64,000 nt of DNA from the IMG/VR virus record IMGVR_UViG_3300045911_000155, positions 1 to 64,000 of that record. The stretch is one strand, 5' to 3'. Source of the stretch: a virus. This document shows positions 18,770-28,801 of the stretch, one piece after another. Both the position numbers and the translations under genes were made by a program. Numbering within the stretch: the first letter of the stretch is position 1; every line of letters starts with the position of its first letter. The notes under the pieces are model-generated. The model ran no database searches. It worked only from the letters and a program-made list of their open reading frames with translations, and was not told the DNA's origin.

Positions 18770-18858
18770 AATGCGCGGACAAACATCGTCCGCAAAACTC
18801 GTTTCTCTCATTCAGTTGTCAAATACCAGTTGCTCTCATCGTCTGCACGATGTCGGCT

Positions 18859-18934
18859 TGGTCGGGGACACGGGACTCGAACCCGCATCTTCCTGTACCC
18901 AAAACAGGTGGCTTACCAATTAGCCAAATCCCCG
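18859..18934 (-). tRNA. tRNA-Pro(UGG)
   Basis: cloverleaf, loop TT-TGG-GT, CCA. Confidence 0.93.
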
Positions 18935-18940
18935 AAAGAT

Positions 18941-19017
18941 TGGTCGGGCATGCAGGATTTGAACCTGCGACTTCACCGTCCCGAACGGTGCGCTCTACCA
19001 AGCTGAGCCAATGCCCG
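18941..19017 (-). tRNA. tRNA-Pro(CGG), second copy
   Basis: canonical cloverleaf, loop TT-CGG-GA, CCA. Confidence 0.95.
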
Positions 19018-19075
19018 AAAAATCGGTCACACTACGGGATTACGCAAAAATGAAAAGGGGAGTGGAAACGTTACG

Positions 19076-19183
19076 TTACCGCAATCGCGGCGAACGTAAC
19101 CCGCTAAGGGAAGCGGGGAGAGGCAACGATGGTAGGAGTATTGCGCCGGTGGTGGTCGTCGTGATGTCGATGATGTTGCGCAT
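19076..19183 (-). CDS. putative leader peptide of the tRNA operon (35 aa)
   Basis: MRNIIDITTTTTGAILLPSLPLPASLSGLRSPRLR between promoter and first tRNA; alternative hairpins. Confidence 0.5.
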   Translation of the reverse strand: MRNIIDITTTTTGAILLPSLPLPASLSGLRSPRLR

Positions 19184-19221
19184 GGTCGTTGCCTTTGTGG
19201 GTGGTTGTCCGCCCACATTCC

Positions 19222-19252
19222 TATTTATACAGACGTTCAGGCCCGATGTCAA
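19222..19252 (-). promoter_or_regulatory. dual promoter of the tRNA operon
   Basis: TTGACA-17-TATAAA overlapping T4 late consensus TATAAATA. Confidence 0.8.
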
Positions 19253-19329
19253 GGTTTCGCAAAAAAAATTTCGAACCGATAAATACTGGTGTTCGAATGG
19301 AGATCAGTAACCACGAACGGAGGAATCGA

Positions 19330-19500
19330 TTGAAGAAACTTCTTTCTGTTGCTGTCCTTGCTATGGCCTTGGCCGCTAGTGTTTCCCCGGTTGCCGCATT
19401 TGGACCGCTTCCGCCACCCCCGGTGGAAGATGTTCATTGTGAGCCGAAGGAAATCTGTTTCCTTGGCATCTGTGTCATTTGGGGCTGTGCTTCGTACTAG
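19330..19500 (+). CDS. secreted 4-Cys peptide (paralog of 6868-7035)
   Basis: GGAGGA SD, TTG start, signal peptide ending VAA, mature FGPLPPPPVE..C..CFLGIC..C; GATAAATACT at 19278-19287; terminator 19525-19556. Confidence 0.8.
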   Translation: MKKLLSVAVLAMALAASVSPVAAFGPLPPPPVEDVHCEPKEICFLGICVIWGCASY

Positions 19501-19577
19501 TCCTTCCATTCAACAATAACCAGTCGGGCCGGTACCTCACCGGCCCTTCTTCTTTTCTGGTATATAATCACATCACC

Positions 19578-19877
19578 ATGCTCTTCACTGTCACGCACCG
19601 ACAAGATGTCTTGCACTACCTGAGCCAGGAATTGAATCTGGCATCGATGCTTCTCCGGGTTGCCAGCAACACACCGAAAAGCCCGATGAATCGTCAGTTG
19701 GCGATTCGTTTGCAGACTGTTGGCATGACGATCCGCCTCATCAAAGATGTGCCCGGCGATGTCACGCTGGATATGATGCTGAATCGTGTTCCGGTTTCAC
19801 TTCGGGATGAATTGCAAGGGATCGTCGGTGTTCATCCGGTTGTTGCAACTCCCGTAGCAATTCAATCATTCGTATAG
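19578..19877 (+). CDS. hypothetical protein
   Basis: TATAAT upstream. Confidence 0.55.
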   Translation: MLFTVTHRQDVLHYLSQELNLASMLLRVASNTPKSPMNRQLAIRLQTVGMTIRLIKDVPGDVTLDMMLNRVPVSLRDELQGIVGVHPVVATPVAIQSFV

Positions 19878-20185
19878 TTCTTCGCAGTACCCGCCACACC
19901 AATCACACACGGCATCGTATCCGGTGCCGTATCCGCTGAACCCACTGCCACCACATTTTCGGCACGGCATCCGCGCGGGCGGCGACCACGGAAACCACCG
20001 GCCATCATCGCGCCAGTCCAACCCAATCGCCACGATGAAAATGAACGCGGCTACTTGCCACGGAAAGAATGACAACGCGGCGACCGACATCAGGAATAGC
20101 AGGATCTTGGCAATGCCGGTCAGGAACGATCCATAGAGATTGATCTTTTGTGGAGTCGCGTAAATAGCTTAGACTGGAAAAAATC

Positions 20186-20665
20186 ATGTCTTGGGTTGAA
20201 TCAGAATACGCAAATTTGATGTCGTTGACGGAGTACAACAGTCAGCGGCGCGTGGTCATCATGCGCGGAATCTCCGGGTGTGGAAAAAGCACGTACACGC
20301 GCACCCATTTCCCCGGTGCGAAAGTGTACAGCGCCGATCACTACTTCGAGCGAAATGGCACGTACCAGTTCGACCCGACGAAACTCAAGAACGCCCATGA
20401 AGACTGCTTTCGGAAATTCCAACAAGGATTGATGAAGGGCGAACCGCTGATCGTCATTGACAACACCAATACCCGGAAGTGGGAAATGCAGCGCTACTAT
20501 GACGCGGCGGTCAAGGCTGGCTACGATGTCAGCGTCGTCCGGCTGGTCTGCGACCCGGCGAAGGCGGCGGCGCGCAACGTGCATCAGGTTCCGGCGGACA
20601 AGGTGGAACAGATGGCGTCGCGGTTTGAACCGTGGCCCGGTGAACAATTGGTCCGTACCACTTGA
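20186..20665 (+). CDS. P-loop polynucleotide kinase (AAA_33/N4BP2-like)
   Basis: MRGISGCGKST, SADHYF, IDNTN..WE, RNVHQVP. Confidence 0.85.
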   Translation: MSWVESEYANLMSLTEYNSQRRVVIMRGISGCGKSTYTRTHFPGAKVYSADHYFERNGTYQFDPTKLKNAHEDCFRKFQQGLMKGEPLIVIDNTNTRKWEMQRYYDAAVKAGYDVSVVRLVCDPAKAAARNVHQVPADKVEQMASRFEPWPGEQLVRTT

Positions 20666-21625
20666 CATATAGATCAGAAGTGCTATACTGAAGCCGTGGC
20701 ATACTTGCTCAGTTTCATTTTCTTCAAGGCTGTTTCGACACAGCTTCAGGCATGCCACCTGACCTTGCTCATCGTTCTGATCGTGCTGGCTTGCCAGATT
20801 GCGTGTATCACCGTGATGGTGAAGGCACCGAAGGTCGAACGTTGGTACATGGTTCTGTTCAGTTCGATTTCCGCGATGGCGTATTTGATATGAGAACCAT
20901 AGACATGACGGGTTATTTCGGCGTGCCGGGCACGTTTCGATCCACGGTTGTCCACGCGGTCGATGAGAACCGAGTTGCGATTTGTGGATACCGGGCGCAC
21001 AAGAGCTATGAGTTCCAGTGGTGCGCGCGCGGGCTGAAAGAAGATTACGTGGAATGCCGCAACTGTTTGCGGCGGATAAGGAAGGAACGTGAACGCACAT
21101 CGCTGGCGAACGCTGGTCCGCGTCTTGTTGGTCACCAACGAAGGGATATGGTGCGTGTTTCCGGCATGGGATCACAAAGTCGCCGTGTTGCTCGACTCCG
21201 CAATCTTCGAGCGTCCCGTGGAAAGCGGTTACCGCTTCCATGCTGAAGTCACGCTCAACGCGGTCGATCCAAACGACCTCAAGCCCGACAAGTTCGAGTT
21301 CGGATAGGGCATAAATTCATGCCGTGGACAAGCAATGGAAAGAAATCCGGCACGGAGAGATCATCCGCATCAGCGATGATTTCTCACAGACTGTCAGAAC
21401 TGAAGACCCGCGCGCTTATGTGGTTTTGCACGGAACCCTTCGAGTTCAAGGCGGTAAAGTAGGCATGAAGGTTCGAGTTTATTTCAACGGAAAGGACTGG
21501 CGCGGGGAATCCCGCTAACACTCAATGTTCGACTCTTACAATGGCGGTCGTCCCGTCAACTACTACTACGATTCGCTCGACAAGAGCTTCATCCGTCTTT
21601 TGAGCCTAGTGGGTGACGACGACTA

Positions 21626-22006
21626 GTGCGACACATCATCGTCACCACGCCGAAAAGTCAGATCGCCACCGCCGCTGAAGAGGCACAACAATGCCTCAAA
21701 GCCGGTGGCGGTTCGTATTTTCGGACCTTCCGTTCCCGGCCCGCCGGTCTTGGCGAAGGAAGCCGGATCTACTATGTCCAAGACGGTTACGTGCGCGGCT
21801 ATGGTGTCGTGTCGGAAATTGCCGTGGGCGGTATGGTTTGCGCCACGACCGGCAAGGATTGGGGCGAAGGTTACCACGCCGTCATCCCCGCCGATTCGTG
21901 GACATGGATCAAGCCTCTTCCGATGAAGGGCTTTCAGGGCTGGCGCTACTTTGCGGAGCCGACACAGGATCTTGGCGGTTGGCGCGATCCAATGCCTGAA
22001 GTATAG
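21626..22006 (+). CDS. hypothetical protein, possible PUA/ASCH-like fold
   Basis: GSRIYYV.DG.VRG..MKGFQGWRY. Confidence 0.5.
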   Translation: MRHIIVTTPKSQIATAAEEAQQCLKAGGGSYFRTFRSRPAGLGEGSRIYYVQDGYVRGYGVVSEIAVGGMVCATTGKDWGEGYHAVIPADSWTWIKPLPMKGFQGWRYFAEPTQDLGGWRDPMPEV

Positions 22007-22376
22007 GCCGAATCTCCCGCCACGTCACCCCGCCCGGCTTGCAATCACAGTAGCACCTTCCACAGTACGGACACGGTGGAATCATTTTTCCAGTCTACCG
22101 CGTTTCTCCCACCATTCTGCCCACCGGCGCAACTTCGCTTCCATCGCTTCCAGTTCCACCGCGTCCTGATACTCCCCGCGATTCTCTTTCACCCACCCGC
22201 CACAGCATTCACACTGGCGGGCTTTGTTGTTCTTGGTCTGCCGGACTTCCGCGATCAACGCGGCGGCGGCAAGCAATCGTTGTGTGTTCGTCATAGTGCC
22301 TCTACTAGTGGAATGTACAGGTCGAAGACGATCTGAGCGGCCCGGCCAAACTTTTTTCGATTTTTTCAAGAAGGTG

Positions 22377-22422
22377 TTGACATATATGTCAGACTATGAG
22401 ATTCTAGGTTCAGAGAGACGAC
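22377..22422 (+). promoter_or_regulatory. early promoter cassette with palindrome TGACATATATGTCA (representative of about 15 copies)
   Basis: TTGACA -35 extended by GAC-N6-GTC; GAGAGACGAC-ATG leader. Confidence 0.8.
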
Positions 22423-23067
22423 ATGACAAACACTAACGAAATGACCACCACCCTGATTCCGACCGCTGAAGTTCTTGTGAACCTGAACACTGCGATTGCC
22501 ACCGTGAACGGTGAGCCTGAACCGCTGATCGAAATGCCGATTGAGCCGGTTGTCGAAGCCGTCGCGGTTCCGGTTGAGCCGGTTGCGAAGAAGAAGAAGC
22601 CGACTACGAAGCGTCGCAAGACCGCGAAGAAGCCCGCGCCGGTGGTCGAAGCCGCGCCGATCACCTTCGGTGGTGCCTACGCCGTCCCTGAAGAAGAGAC
22701 GATGGGTGTGATCGAACAGATCCGGGTCGCGATGAAGAACCCGCTGGCCGCGTTCGCTGGTTTCATCCTTGGCGGTTTCGTGCCGGTCGCTACCTTCAGC
22801 GTCAGCCACCTTGACAAGACGCTGAACGAATATGTGCTGTGGACGCTGGTGATCGGTGGTCTGATCTACTCCGCGCTCACGGTCTTCGGTTGGGCGAAGC
22901 TGGCCTTTGGTAACGCTCTCAAGGCTCTTGGCTTCGTGGTTCTGATCGAAGGCGTCATGACGCTGAGCGGCCTTCCGATGCTGAGCTACGCGGCGCTGGC
23001 CCTTCTGGTCATCATCAACGGCATCGCGACGGGTGCCAACCTGAGCATCAAGGGCAACGCCCGCTAA
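22423..23067 (+). CDS. early membrane protein (about 4 TM)
   Basis: basic linker plus hydrophobic C-terminal half. Confidence 0.75.
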   Translation: MTNTNEMTTTLIPTAEVLVNLNTAIATVNGEPEPLIEMPIEPVVEAVAVPVEPVAKKKKPTTKRRKTAKKPAPVVEAAPITFGGAYAVPEEETMGVIEQIRVAMKNPLAAFAGFILGGFVPVATFSVSHLDKTLNEYVLWTLVIGGLIYSALTVFGWAKLAFGNALKALGFVVLIEGVMTLSGLPMLSYAALALLVIINGIATGANLSIKGNAR

Positions 23068-23417
23068 GCGCGGCCCTTGGCGCTCTTGAAAGGACGACAT
23101 GGACTCAACACTATACGCCCGCGTTCTGAACGGCCTGAAGGCCATCTACGCGCAACGGCGGTCGGCTTGGCACGGAACGCCGGTGTCGTTTGAAATGAAG
23201 CCGGACGGCATCTATGGTGTCATCACGGAACAAGGCGGACTCAACAGTCAGAAGACCGCCGAATTCAGCTTCCGGGATTCGGTCACCGGGTCATGGAAGG
23301 CGGGCGGTGACTCCATCAAGATTTTTGGTCAGCGGTACACGTTGGACGGCGAAAAAATTTGAAAATAGTGCTTGACATATAAGTCGCCGCTTGTTATTCT
23401 GACTATGGAGAGACGAC

Positions 23418-23987
23418 ATGAACAACACCAAAACTTACAACGTGCTTTTCGACGGCAAGTCGAATGAGAATGCGAATTCCGCGAAGTACCCCGTCGCCGA
23501 ATACGTCCCCGGTTCGGTTGACCTGAACGAAACTGTTGTCCAGTGCGTATCGTGGGACAACGACATGCTGGTCCCCAACACCCGCTACGAAGTCCGCACC
23601 GTGACGTTGCCCGAATGGTTGTCGCTTGAAGAGTGGTTGCGCTCCACGACTTCGTGGTCCTACCTGTGGGCCGATGCCCGCACGATGGAGTTGCCCGAAA
23701 ACTTCCAGCGCGCGCTTCTGAACTTCAGCGGCGGTCTTCGTGAAGCGATGGTCGCGCTCTTAGTGACCAAGAACTTCCGCTCCAGCTTCCGCCAGTCCTT
23801 GCGCGACCAGCTTGTGAAGTGGATCGCGACGCCGGTTGAAGAGCGTCAGTTCAACATGCCCTTCAGCCGCCGCCAGATCGAAGCGCTGGTGAAGGTCCGG
23901 GACGAATGGACCGCGAAGAACCGCTCCACCCGCGTCTACTACGCGAATCGGTATCAGGAAGCCGCCGGGATGCCGGTCGCGGCCTAA
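23418..23987 (+). CDS. early hypothetical protein
   Basis: cassette promoter at 23372 and SD. Confidence 0.75.
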   Translation: MNNTKTYNVLFDGKSNENANSAKYPVAEYVPGSVDLNETVVQCVSWDNDMLVPNTRYEVRTVTLPEWLSLEEWLRSTTSWSYLWADARTMELPENFQRALLNFSGGLREAMVALLVTKNFRSSFRQSLRDQLVKWIATPVEERQFNMPFSRRQIEALVKVRDEWTAKNRSTRVYYANRYQEAAGMPVAA

Positions 23988-24628
23988 CGGTCCATCTTCC
24001 CTAGCAAGTCCCACTCATCGTCCGATTCTTCAAGCTGGTCGAAGTCGTCCTCATGGATGCCTAGACCAGCTTTCACTTCATCGAACATCTTCTTCGCCGC
24101 CTTCTCCGGGAAGTTCGGCGGAAGTCCCTTCCTGAACGCCGCCAAGTCGTTAGCCATCACCGCGTCGCGCTGTTGTGTTGCGCTCCACATTTCCGCCCCG
24201 GCGCGGTCGCCAGCACTCACCACATCGAAGTTCCGAAACTTGTACGTGCCGTCTGCAATCGCCGCCTTGATTTCGTTGACAAACTTGTCTGTGCGGTCGC
24301 CACCAAGCACGACGACCAGATCCGTGTATCCCTTGTCAGAATAGCTCTTCAGCACGTCCGGCGGGTCCGGCAAGGCCCGGTTGTACTTCACGTCCAACCC
24401 CGGTGCCATCATCTTGATGTACTTGATCTTCTCATCCGGGTCCAGCGGATTCTTCGGCACACTCTGTTTGAAGTTGACGTACAGAACAGCATCGCCGTGC
24501 CGCTTGCGCGCCTCATCCTTCAGCTTGTTGAAGAGCAACACATGTCCCCGGTGCGGCGGGTTGAACCGCCCGAAAGAGATCACGACGGTTTTTTTCTTGG
24601 GTTCAACGAATTCACGGAACGACAGCAT
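23984..24628 (-). CDS. HIGH-family nucleotidyltransferase (T4-like cytidylyltransferase)
   Basis: FGRFNPPHRGH, KNPL, GGDR, SAGDR, SAT..R. Confidence 0.88.
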   Translation of the reverse strand: MLSFREFVEPKKKTVVISFGRFNPPHRGHVLLFNKLKDEARKRHGDAVLYVNFKQSVPKNPLDPDEKIKYIKMMAPGLDVKYNRALPDPPDVLKSYSDKGYTDLVVVLGGDRTDKFVNEIKAAIADGTYKFRNFDVVSAGDRAGAEMWSATQQRDAVMANDLAAFRKGLPPNFPEKAAKKMFDEVKAGLGIHEDDFDQLEESDDEWDLLGKMDR

Positions 24629-24709
24629 AACCGTATTTATTGACCAGTCGATTCAACAACTCCTTGACATATAGGTCGTGGTTTGCTATTCTAACTATGG
24701 AGAGACGAC

Positions 24710-24979
24710 ATGAACAACATTGAACTCATCAAGATTCGCGCCGCCAGCAAGGGTCAACCCGCTGGTTACATGGTGAAGCTGGCCGGTCGTGTGATCGGTT
24801 TCCTCGACAAGTACAACAACACGAAGACCGAAACCCATCCGTGGAAAGCGTTCGCCGCGAAGTTCAATCCCGCGACCGGCGGTTTCCAGTACGCTGGTGA
24901 GATCGCCTTCAAGTGCTTCTACCGCCACGAAGGTGGTCAGGCCGCTGCCATCGAATTCCTGAAAGGACTGGCGGCGTAA
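24710..24979 (+). CDS. early hypothetical protein
   Basis: cassette promoter at 24664. Confidence 0.7.
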   Translation: MNNIELIKIRAASKGQPAGYMVKLAGRVIGFLDKYNNTKTETHPWKAFAAKFNPATGGFQYAGEIAFKCFYRHEGGQAAAIEFLKGLAA

Positions 24980-25258
24980 CATGTGGCACACCTTCTCCCT
25001 TGACCGCTACGAACGCGCTCACGATTCCTACGCTGACGCCGTGTTTTGGGCACAGTGTTTGCACGAAACAAATGACCGCCCGGAGCGGTTGTGCGCCGGG
25101 CTGTATCAGATCAGCCGGACCTACATCGGGCGCGGGGATGTTGCAAAACGAGAAGGTTTCGAGTTCCCGGAACTTGACCAGAAAAAAAGCAAAAAGGCTC
25201 TTGACATATAAGTCAGTTCCGCGCTATGATGGTGTTGTAAGGGAAAGAGAGAGACGAC

Positions 25259-25546
25259 ATGACCACGACTTTGACCAACATCCCCAACTTGCCCGCCGCT
25301 GTCACCAGCTTGCTGGCCGCGATGAACGCGAACAACGCGAAACATAGCACGCCCTACGTCGGTTACGAAGTGACCGAAGCCCGGCGGAAGTACTTCCTGC
25401 TTAACTCCGTGCTGACCAACGGCCAGCGTTCGGGAGTCTTCCTGATCGACCGCAAAACTCTGTTGGTCTACGCTTCGAAGGCGTATGGTAAAGCTGGCCG
25501 CTTGTTGGCCCACACCGAAGGTCTGGCACTGCACTACGCTGTCTGA
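25259..25546 (+). CDS. early hypothetical protein
   Basis: cassette promoter at 25201. Confidence 0.7.
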   Translation: MTTTLTNIPNLPAAVTSLLAAMNANNAKHSTPYVGYEVTEARRKYFLLNSVLTNGQRSGVFLIDRKTLLVYASKAYGKAGRLLAHTEGLALHYAV

Positions 25547-26099
25547 AATAGAAAGGAACGTCATGCCGAAAACCGAAATCCAATCTCTGATGACCCGGAT
25601 CGGGAGCGAATACATCCGCGCCCACGGGTTCGACCCGAAAACTCAGAAGGTTTCGGACGTGCCGGAATCGGCATGGGAATTCTTCTGGTCCACTTCCAAG
25701 GTGGTCGCCAATCTCCATGTGGCCCGCCGTGAGCGGACGCCCGATCAGCGCATTGTTCGCAAGGCGACCGCCACCTATCCGGCCACCACCGTCGATAAGA
25801 TCACGGGTGTCAAATATCATGTCTTCGACAACCCGGTGACTCCTATCGCGGAGATCCGCGCCGCCGCTCTCTCCCGGCGGCGTGGATGCGGTTCCGTCGA
25901 TTCGGCGATCTGACATATGATCGTCGCTCTTCTCTCCACGGTGGTGATAGTGCTCATCTATCGCCACCGTTTCTCTATTTTCAAACGTTGCCGGGTGTGC
26001 GGCAAATGGCCGTGGCAGATGTTTGATGAAATCATCGAAACACCACGCGGCATGATCTGTCCGACGTGCCGGGAACAAAATGACATATAATGGAGTTCT

Positions 26100-27035
26100 A
26101 TGAAAATCACCGATCAAAACAGTCTGGTTCAAGCCATTCATGAAACGCCGGTAAAGTGTGTTCTCTCCACGACCGGCGGCGGTACGGAAATTTTCCCGAT
26201 CCTTCTGGCCCGTGGCGGCGGATCGGCCACCTTCATCGGCGGCAATATCCCCTACAGCGGGTCCATCACGAAAAAGACGATGGGGGGCACACCGGACAAA
26301 TTGGTCGATGAACCCGTGGCCCGCATTCTGGCGATGTCTGCCTATCAAATGGCGCTCGAACATCGCGACAGCAAAGCCGACCCGATCTTCGGTGTGGGCG
26401 GCACGTCCATCCTTCAGCGGACGCCGGACGAACGGCCCGGACGCAAGCACGTGATCTATGCCGCGATTCAGACCCCGGCCAAGACCGTTTCGGTGACGCT
26501 GGACATCCCGCCGGACCACCCCGCGCGCGCGGGGAGTTCAGTTGCGGCCCCGTATACGATCCGTGCGACGGAAGAGAATGTCAATGCTCTGGTGATGCTC
26601 AACCTCATCGCCGAAGCGTGTGGTCTGGATGCCCGTGTCGAACTTCCGCACGGGTTGGATGATCTTGCTATCCTAACAGTGGAGATAGACGATATGAGCA
26701 AACGCAAAGCTGGTCTGAGACTTTCGGTTCTTCGCCCCGCCAGTGGTTCTGATTGTACGAACGGTGGAATTTCCAGCCGTTTCGTTGATGTGGTCGTAGT
26801 CGGGCCGGGCATCCCGGAAATCTTCGCCGAACATGAGAATCTTCCGGCGGTCGTGATCGACGAACGCATGGGACACAAGTTCCTTCGCCCGGCGGAAGAC
26901 TGCCCGTCCGACATGATCGGTTACATGTTCGGCGGCAACTACGCCACCACTTCGGATGGTCGCTGGCCCTTCGGCGCGCTTCCGATCCATGACCGTACCG
27001 AAACGGTCGAACTCTACCGGAGTCTGAGCGACTAA
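26100..27035 (+). CDS. CinA/PncC-like domain apparently fused to a separate early gene starting at 26694
   Basis: VQAIH..TGGG..L..GGGSAT..PYS; internal GGAGATAGACGAT-ATG at 26694. Confidence 0.55.
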   Translation: MKITDQNSLVQAIHETPVKCVLSTTGGGTEIFPILLARGGGSATFIGGNIPYSGSITKKTMGGTPDKLVDEPVARILAMSAYQMALEHRDSKADPIFGVGGTSILQRTPDERPGRKHVIYAAIQTPAKTVSVTLDIPPDHPARAGSSVAAPYTIRATEENVNALVMLNLIAEACGLDARVELPHGLDDLAILTVEIDDMSKRKAGLRLSVLRPASGSDCTNGGISSRFVDVVVVGPGIPEIFAEHENLPAVVIDERMGHKFLRPAEDCPSDMIGYMFGGNYATTSDGRWPFGALPIHDRTETVELYRSLSD

Positions 27036-27036
27036 G

Positions 27037-27669
27037 ATGCCCTTCGCTGAAACGCTGGCCGCGAAAAAGGCCGAACACAATTCGTTCTGGAAAACCGCTG
27101 AAGAGTATCAAGCCGGACTCCGCGCGGAACAGGAAGCCTACTTCAAACAGAAATTCCCCAAGCGCAAGAAGTTCGATTTTGATCTGGTGAAGGAAGAGCC
27201 TGACTTCAAAGCCATCTTCGACCGCTGGAAGGCCAAGGCCGATGAGGTTTACGCGACCCACAAAACGACCGAAGAAGCGTTGGACGCGAAGCTGATCGAT
27301 GAAGCGCTCGAAGAGATCCCGGCAACCACGTTCTTGGGTCAGGTGTACGTCTCCCATTCGTCGAACTACCGTTCGCAGGGATTCGGTGCCAGCAACTACG
27401 CGGAAAAGGCGGCGGAAGCGAAAGCCGACATCGCCCGGTTCTACGGGTTCCATGCGGAAGTTCGCCCGGTGGGGACGGAACACCGCACGAATGACGGATG
27501 CCGGTTTCAGGACTACGCCGTGTTCGTCAACACCACCGAAGTTGGGTGGGAAATGCTGATCCGTCGCCCCGGCCCGACTCTCCGTGAGTGGCTGAAGACG
27601 TGCTGGAAGCGTGGTGTGAATCCGCGCGTCTACAATCCCTATCTTCCGCCCGGTCTGGAAGAGAAGTAA
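27037..27669 (+). CDS. hypothetical protein
   Basis: coupled ORF. Confidence 0.7.
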   Translation: MPFAETLAAKKAEHNSFWKTAEEYQAGLRAEQEAYFKQKFPKRKKFDFDLVKEEPDFKAIFDRWKAKADEVYATHKTTEEALDAKLIDEALEEIPATTFLGQVYVSHSSNYRSQGFGASNYAEKAAEAKADIARFYGFHAEVRPVGTEHRTNDGCRFQDYAVFVNTTEVGWEMLIRRPGPTLREWLKTCWKRGVNPRVYNPYLPPGLEEK

Positions 27670-27710
27670 CGGGATTGACTACTTCGGCAATGATCTGGTG
27701 AAGGCGTAAC

Positions 27711-28277
27711 ATGGCGCGGACGAAGGGAGCATCGCGCCGGGTGTTGAGTTGGACCAGCGTACCCGCGCCGGTCCAACGGCCCGGCTTCTCCCGGAGTTAC
27801 GATCATACTTTGGTGCTCGACTGTGGGCACACGGTTGTCCGGCGGTTCCCACAGCACGCACAGTTCAAATTCTCTGATTGCCCGGTGGAAGGATGTGGAA
27901 AGACTATGCGGTATGACGAACTACAAGACGCGGCATTGGTGACGGGGAAGCCGGGCCAATCCATCGTGGAATGGCAAGGACGGTCGTTCATTTACTTCAC
28001 AATTGAAGACGACGCCGCCCGGCTGGTCGAAGATGGCGTGACGATCCGCGCGGATTGGACCGAAGATGGATGGAAAGATCACATCCCGGCATGCACGGAC
28101 AGTGAACGGCTTCGCTGGCTTCAAGAAAAACTCATGACGGCGAACAATGGAATCTTTTGGTTCCACGTCACGAACGCATTGGGTTTCGACGACGACGAAT
28201 TCACCGCGCCCGGTCATGTGACGATGGGCGAACTCTTCAACACTGCAATTGACAAACGGATTCGGGAAGGAAAGTGA
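27711..28277 (+). CDS. hypothetical protein
   Basis: LDCGH..CP..C; coupled to next gene. Confidence 0.6.
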   Translation: MARTKGASRRVLSWTSVPAPVQRPGFSRSYDHTLVLDCGHTVVRRFPQHAQFKFSDCPVEGCGKTMRYDELQDAALVTGKPGQSIVEWQGRSFIYFTIEDDAARLVEDGVTIRADWTEDGWKDHIPACTDSERLRWLQEKLMTANNGIFWFHVTNALGFDDDEFTAPGHVTMGELFNTAIDKRIREGK

Positions 28278-28756
28278 TGGAATTGTTAGCCATGATTTTG
28301 GTATTGGCTCTGGCGATCAACACGCTGATCGTCTGGAGTGTATTGCGGTACTTTCATCGCCGGGAAGTGGGAAAAATCAAGGCGGAACTGGAAGCGAAAT
28401 ACCGCGAACTGATCGCCGCGCCTGATCCGAACATACAGTGGGCGATCCATGCGTGGCACCGGATGAATTTCCCCCACGATGACGCCCGTGATGCCCTGCT
28501 AGGCGTCGGGGAAGAGCTAGGTGAAGTGAATCGTGCTCAGATCAAGCAATCGGGCGGGATTCGCGGATCATTCGAATACTGGCACCAAGAGAAAGCCAAA
28601 GAGATCGGTGATGTGCTGATCGGCCTCATCAACTACTGTGCTTGGAACGACATTGATTGGCTCGAAGCACTGAAAGATCGGTGGGCTGTCATCAGTCGCC
28701 GCGACTACATCCGCTACCCGGAAGACGGTGGGCGGACGATCAACGGGGAAGAGTAG
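28274..28756 (+). CDS. MazG-like NTP pyrophosphohydrolase with N-terminal TM
   Basis: GEELGEV..KEIGDVL. Confidence 0.8.
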   Translation: MMELLAMILVLALAINTLIVWSVLRYFHRREVGKIKAELEAKYRELIAAPDPNIQWAIHAWHRMNFPHDDARDALLGVGEELGEVNRAQIKQSGGIRGSFEYWHQEKAKEIGDVLIGLINYCAWNDIDWLEALKDRWAVISRRDYIRYPEDGGRTINGEE

Positions 28757-28801
28757 TCTGTTCCCTGTAACCAACAACCCCCTAAACCATTTGAGGACTT
28801 T

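Noticed and set aside
18770-18858. Third Y-RNA-like spacer
   Set aside because: Can fold into a long stem, but has AGCCGAC without the GAA and lacks the matching 3' motif.
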